This document shows positions 62,970 to 64,000 of a stretch of 64,000 nt of DNA, one piece after another (position 1 is the first letter of the stretch; every line of letters begins with the position of its first letter). The notes under the pieces are model-generated. The model worked only from the letters and a program-made list of their open reading frames with translations, had not been told where the DNA came from and did not search any database. Source of the DNA: Bdellovibrionales bacterium (lineage in GTDB: Bacteria; Bdellovibrionota; Bdellovibrionia; Bdellovibrionales; UBA1609); NCBI GenBank assembly GCA_028819545.1, contig JAPPLG010000019.1:66494-130493 (forward strand). The letters run 5' to 3'. The position numbers and the translations under genes were made by a program.

Positions 62970-64000
62970 ATTTTTTTATCAATAGGTGTTGGGGTGAAAA
63001 TATTTTCTTTCAGATTTAAAATATTTTTTTGTATAGATTTATTTATATTTTTTAAAATAATGTCTTTTTTATCTAAGTCTATCGTAATTCGTGAAGGGTG
63101 TGCTATTTTTTTAAGCTCAGAATTTTTTGAAATAAACCCTTTCCATTTAAAATCTCTGTAGGATAAATAAAGGGAGGCAGAGACAGTCCCCTGGTCTTTT
63201 AGTAAAGACACAGCTCCAATATAAAGAGGCATTTGAAAATCCAAATTATTTTCCCAGTGGGAGATGTTCACAATATTATTGAGTGAAGCTTTATAATCAA
63301 TAATAAGATATTCATCTTGAAAATAATCTATACGATCGATCCGCCCTTTAATTAGGATATCCCCTTTGGAGGGATCTAAATCTTCTTTTTCCAGATTCCA
63401 ATAGAGTTCAAAATTCCATTCTGTATCTGTGGTTTTAATCTCTGTTAATAGTCGGGTGATTTTTTTTTCATGCTCTATAAATTGAAGATATTTTTCTACA
63501 AACTGTTGTGAATAACTTTGCCACATATTATCGCTTAAGATATGAAAATCTGACTTGATAGATTGAATCCAGGGAAAAATGTCCTGCTTGCTTTGAATTT
63601 TACCCTTTTTAACTTGATGAAACAGTTCATGTATAATTTGTCCGTAATCCTTATAATCCAAATCCATGTCCTGATAAGAAATATCTTTAAGGTGAAAGAT
63701 ATTTTTGGATAAAAAGATAAAAGGACAGGAAGCATAATCTTTCATTTTAGATGGTGAAAGAGATGTTACTTGAGTTTTTTGGCTTGCAGGCCATTTGAGA
63801 TTTTGATCGAGGATTTGCTGTATTTGATCAGCAGAGCATATGGCAGAGTTTTTTACAATTTCCTCTAAAGGCTTTTGTTGAAAAGTACTCCACGATGTGT
63901 TTGTAGGCTTACTTCCTGGTGGGTAGTTTGCTTCAACATTTTTCATAAGCCAGATTCTTGAAGGTGTAAGGCTTGAACCATCAAAACCTGTTTCACTGTA
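62918..64000 (-). CDS. addB: AddB-like PD-(D/E)XK nuclease subunit with Fe-S Cys cluster; C-terminal part only, N-terminus beyond the window
   Basis: GRIDRID...IIDYK nuclease motifs; Cys ligands ASCPF...CANCYWRNIC. The frame stays open upstream of the Met at 63946 to the window end. Confidence 0.7.
   Translation of the reverse strand, partial: YSETGFDGSSLTPSRIWLMKNVEANYPPGSKPTNTSWSTFQQKPLEEIVKNSAICSADQIQQILDQNLKWPASQKTQVTSLSPSKMKDYASCPFIFLSKNIFHLKDISYQDMDLDYKDYGQIIHELFHQVKKGKIQSKQDIFPWIQSIKSDFHILSDNMWQSYSQQFVEKYLQFIEHEKKITRLLTEIKTTDTEWNFELYWNLEKEDLDPSKGDILIKGRIDRIDYFQDEYLIIDYKASLNNIVNISHWENNLDFQMPLYIGAVSLLKDQGTVSASLYLSYRDFKWKGFISKNSELKKIAHPSRITIDLDKKDIILKNINKSIQKNILNLKENIFTPTPIDKKICANCYWRNICRAPHLN

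Noticed and set aside
1-64000. tRNA, rRNA, tmRNA, RNase P or other classical RNA genes in the larger intergenic gaps (6914-7104, 14635-14789, 16457-17271, 40796-41080, 44791-45118, 49466-49592, 58633-59277, 60353-60686)
   Set aside because: I found no cloverleaf-compatible sequences (GTTCRANYC T-loop with a matching acceptor stem) or rRNA-like conserved blocks by eye. This is a weak negative, and tRNAscan-SE/Infernal should confirm it.

Overview
An AT-rich, densely packed chromosomal segment from a Gram-negative bacterium. The gene content (MglA-type GTPase, TonB2-type energiser, CsrA, AddAB, menaquinone genes, many secreted repeat proteins) fits a Bdellovibrionota/Oligoflexia-like lineage, but that placement is only a guess. 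Most of the window is core metabolism and information processing: nadE (partial), thyA-folA-purD, aconitase, rmuC, grxD, folB-folK/folP, tatA, transketolase, thiBPQ-like importer, nth, a men cluster (polyprenyl synthase, menE, menC, menA, menB), csrA, dnaX-recR-mglA, rseP, tsaB, rluD, pgeF, uppS-frr-pyrH-tsf-rpsB, priA and addA/addB. Many neighbouring genes are coupled by ATGA or TAATG start/stop overlaps. Three gene-level features are less usual: a complete bacterial topoisomerase VI pair (top6B-top6A) directly behind a small HNH gene; a TonB-dependent receptor followed by two recently duplicated small secreted-protein genes and a Vibrio TonB2-like cluster (DUF3450, long MotA/ExbB, ExbB, ExbD, TonB); and several secreted low-complexity or eukaryote-like repeat proteins. 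The strongest unexplained signal is non-coding. A modular family of GC-richer intergenic repeats recurs at about 16.6-17.0 kb, 29.5 kb, 38.6-39.0 kb, 44.8 kb, 58.6-59.0 kb and 60.5-60.7 kb. Its main member is a ~110-nt imperfect palindrome (six copies) with conserved unpaired cores and stems that change while keeping base pairing. It is accompanied by GTCAYYCC-led short palindromes, a hairpin with a conserved GGTGCYAACCGAA loop, and a 17-nt tandem array. These modules interrupt the thi and men operons. They also bracket a ~2-kb cassette of small tail-anchored lipoprotein genes between an outer-membrane protein gene and addA. I saw no rRNA, tRNA, CRISPR array, integrase or transposase. All calls come from reading the sequence and translations by eye. 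No database searches were run.
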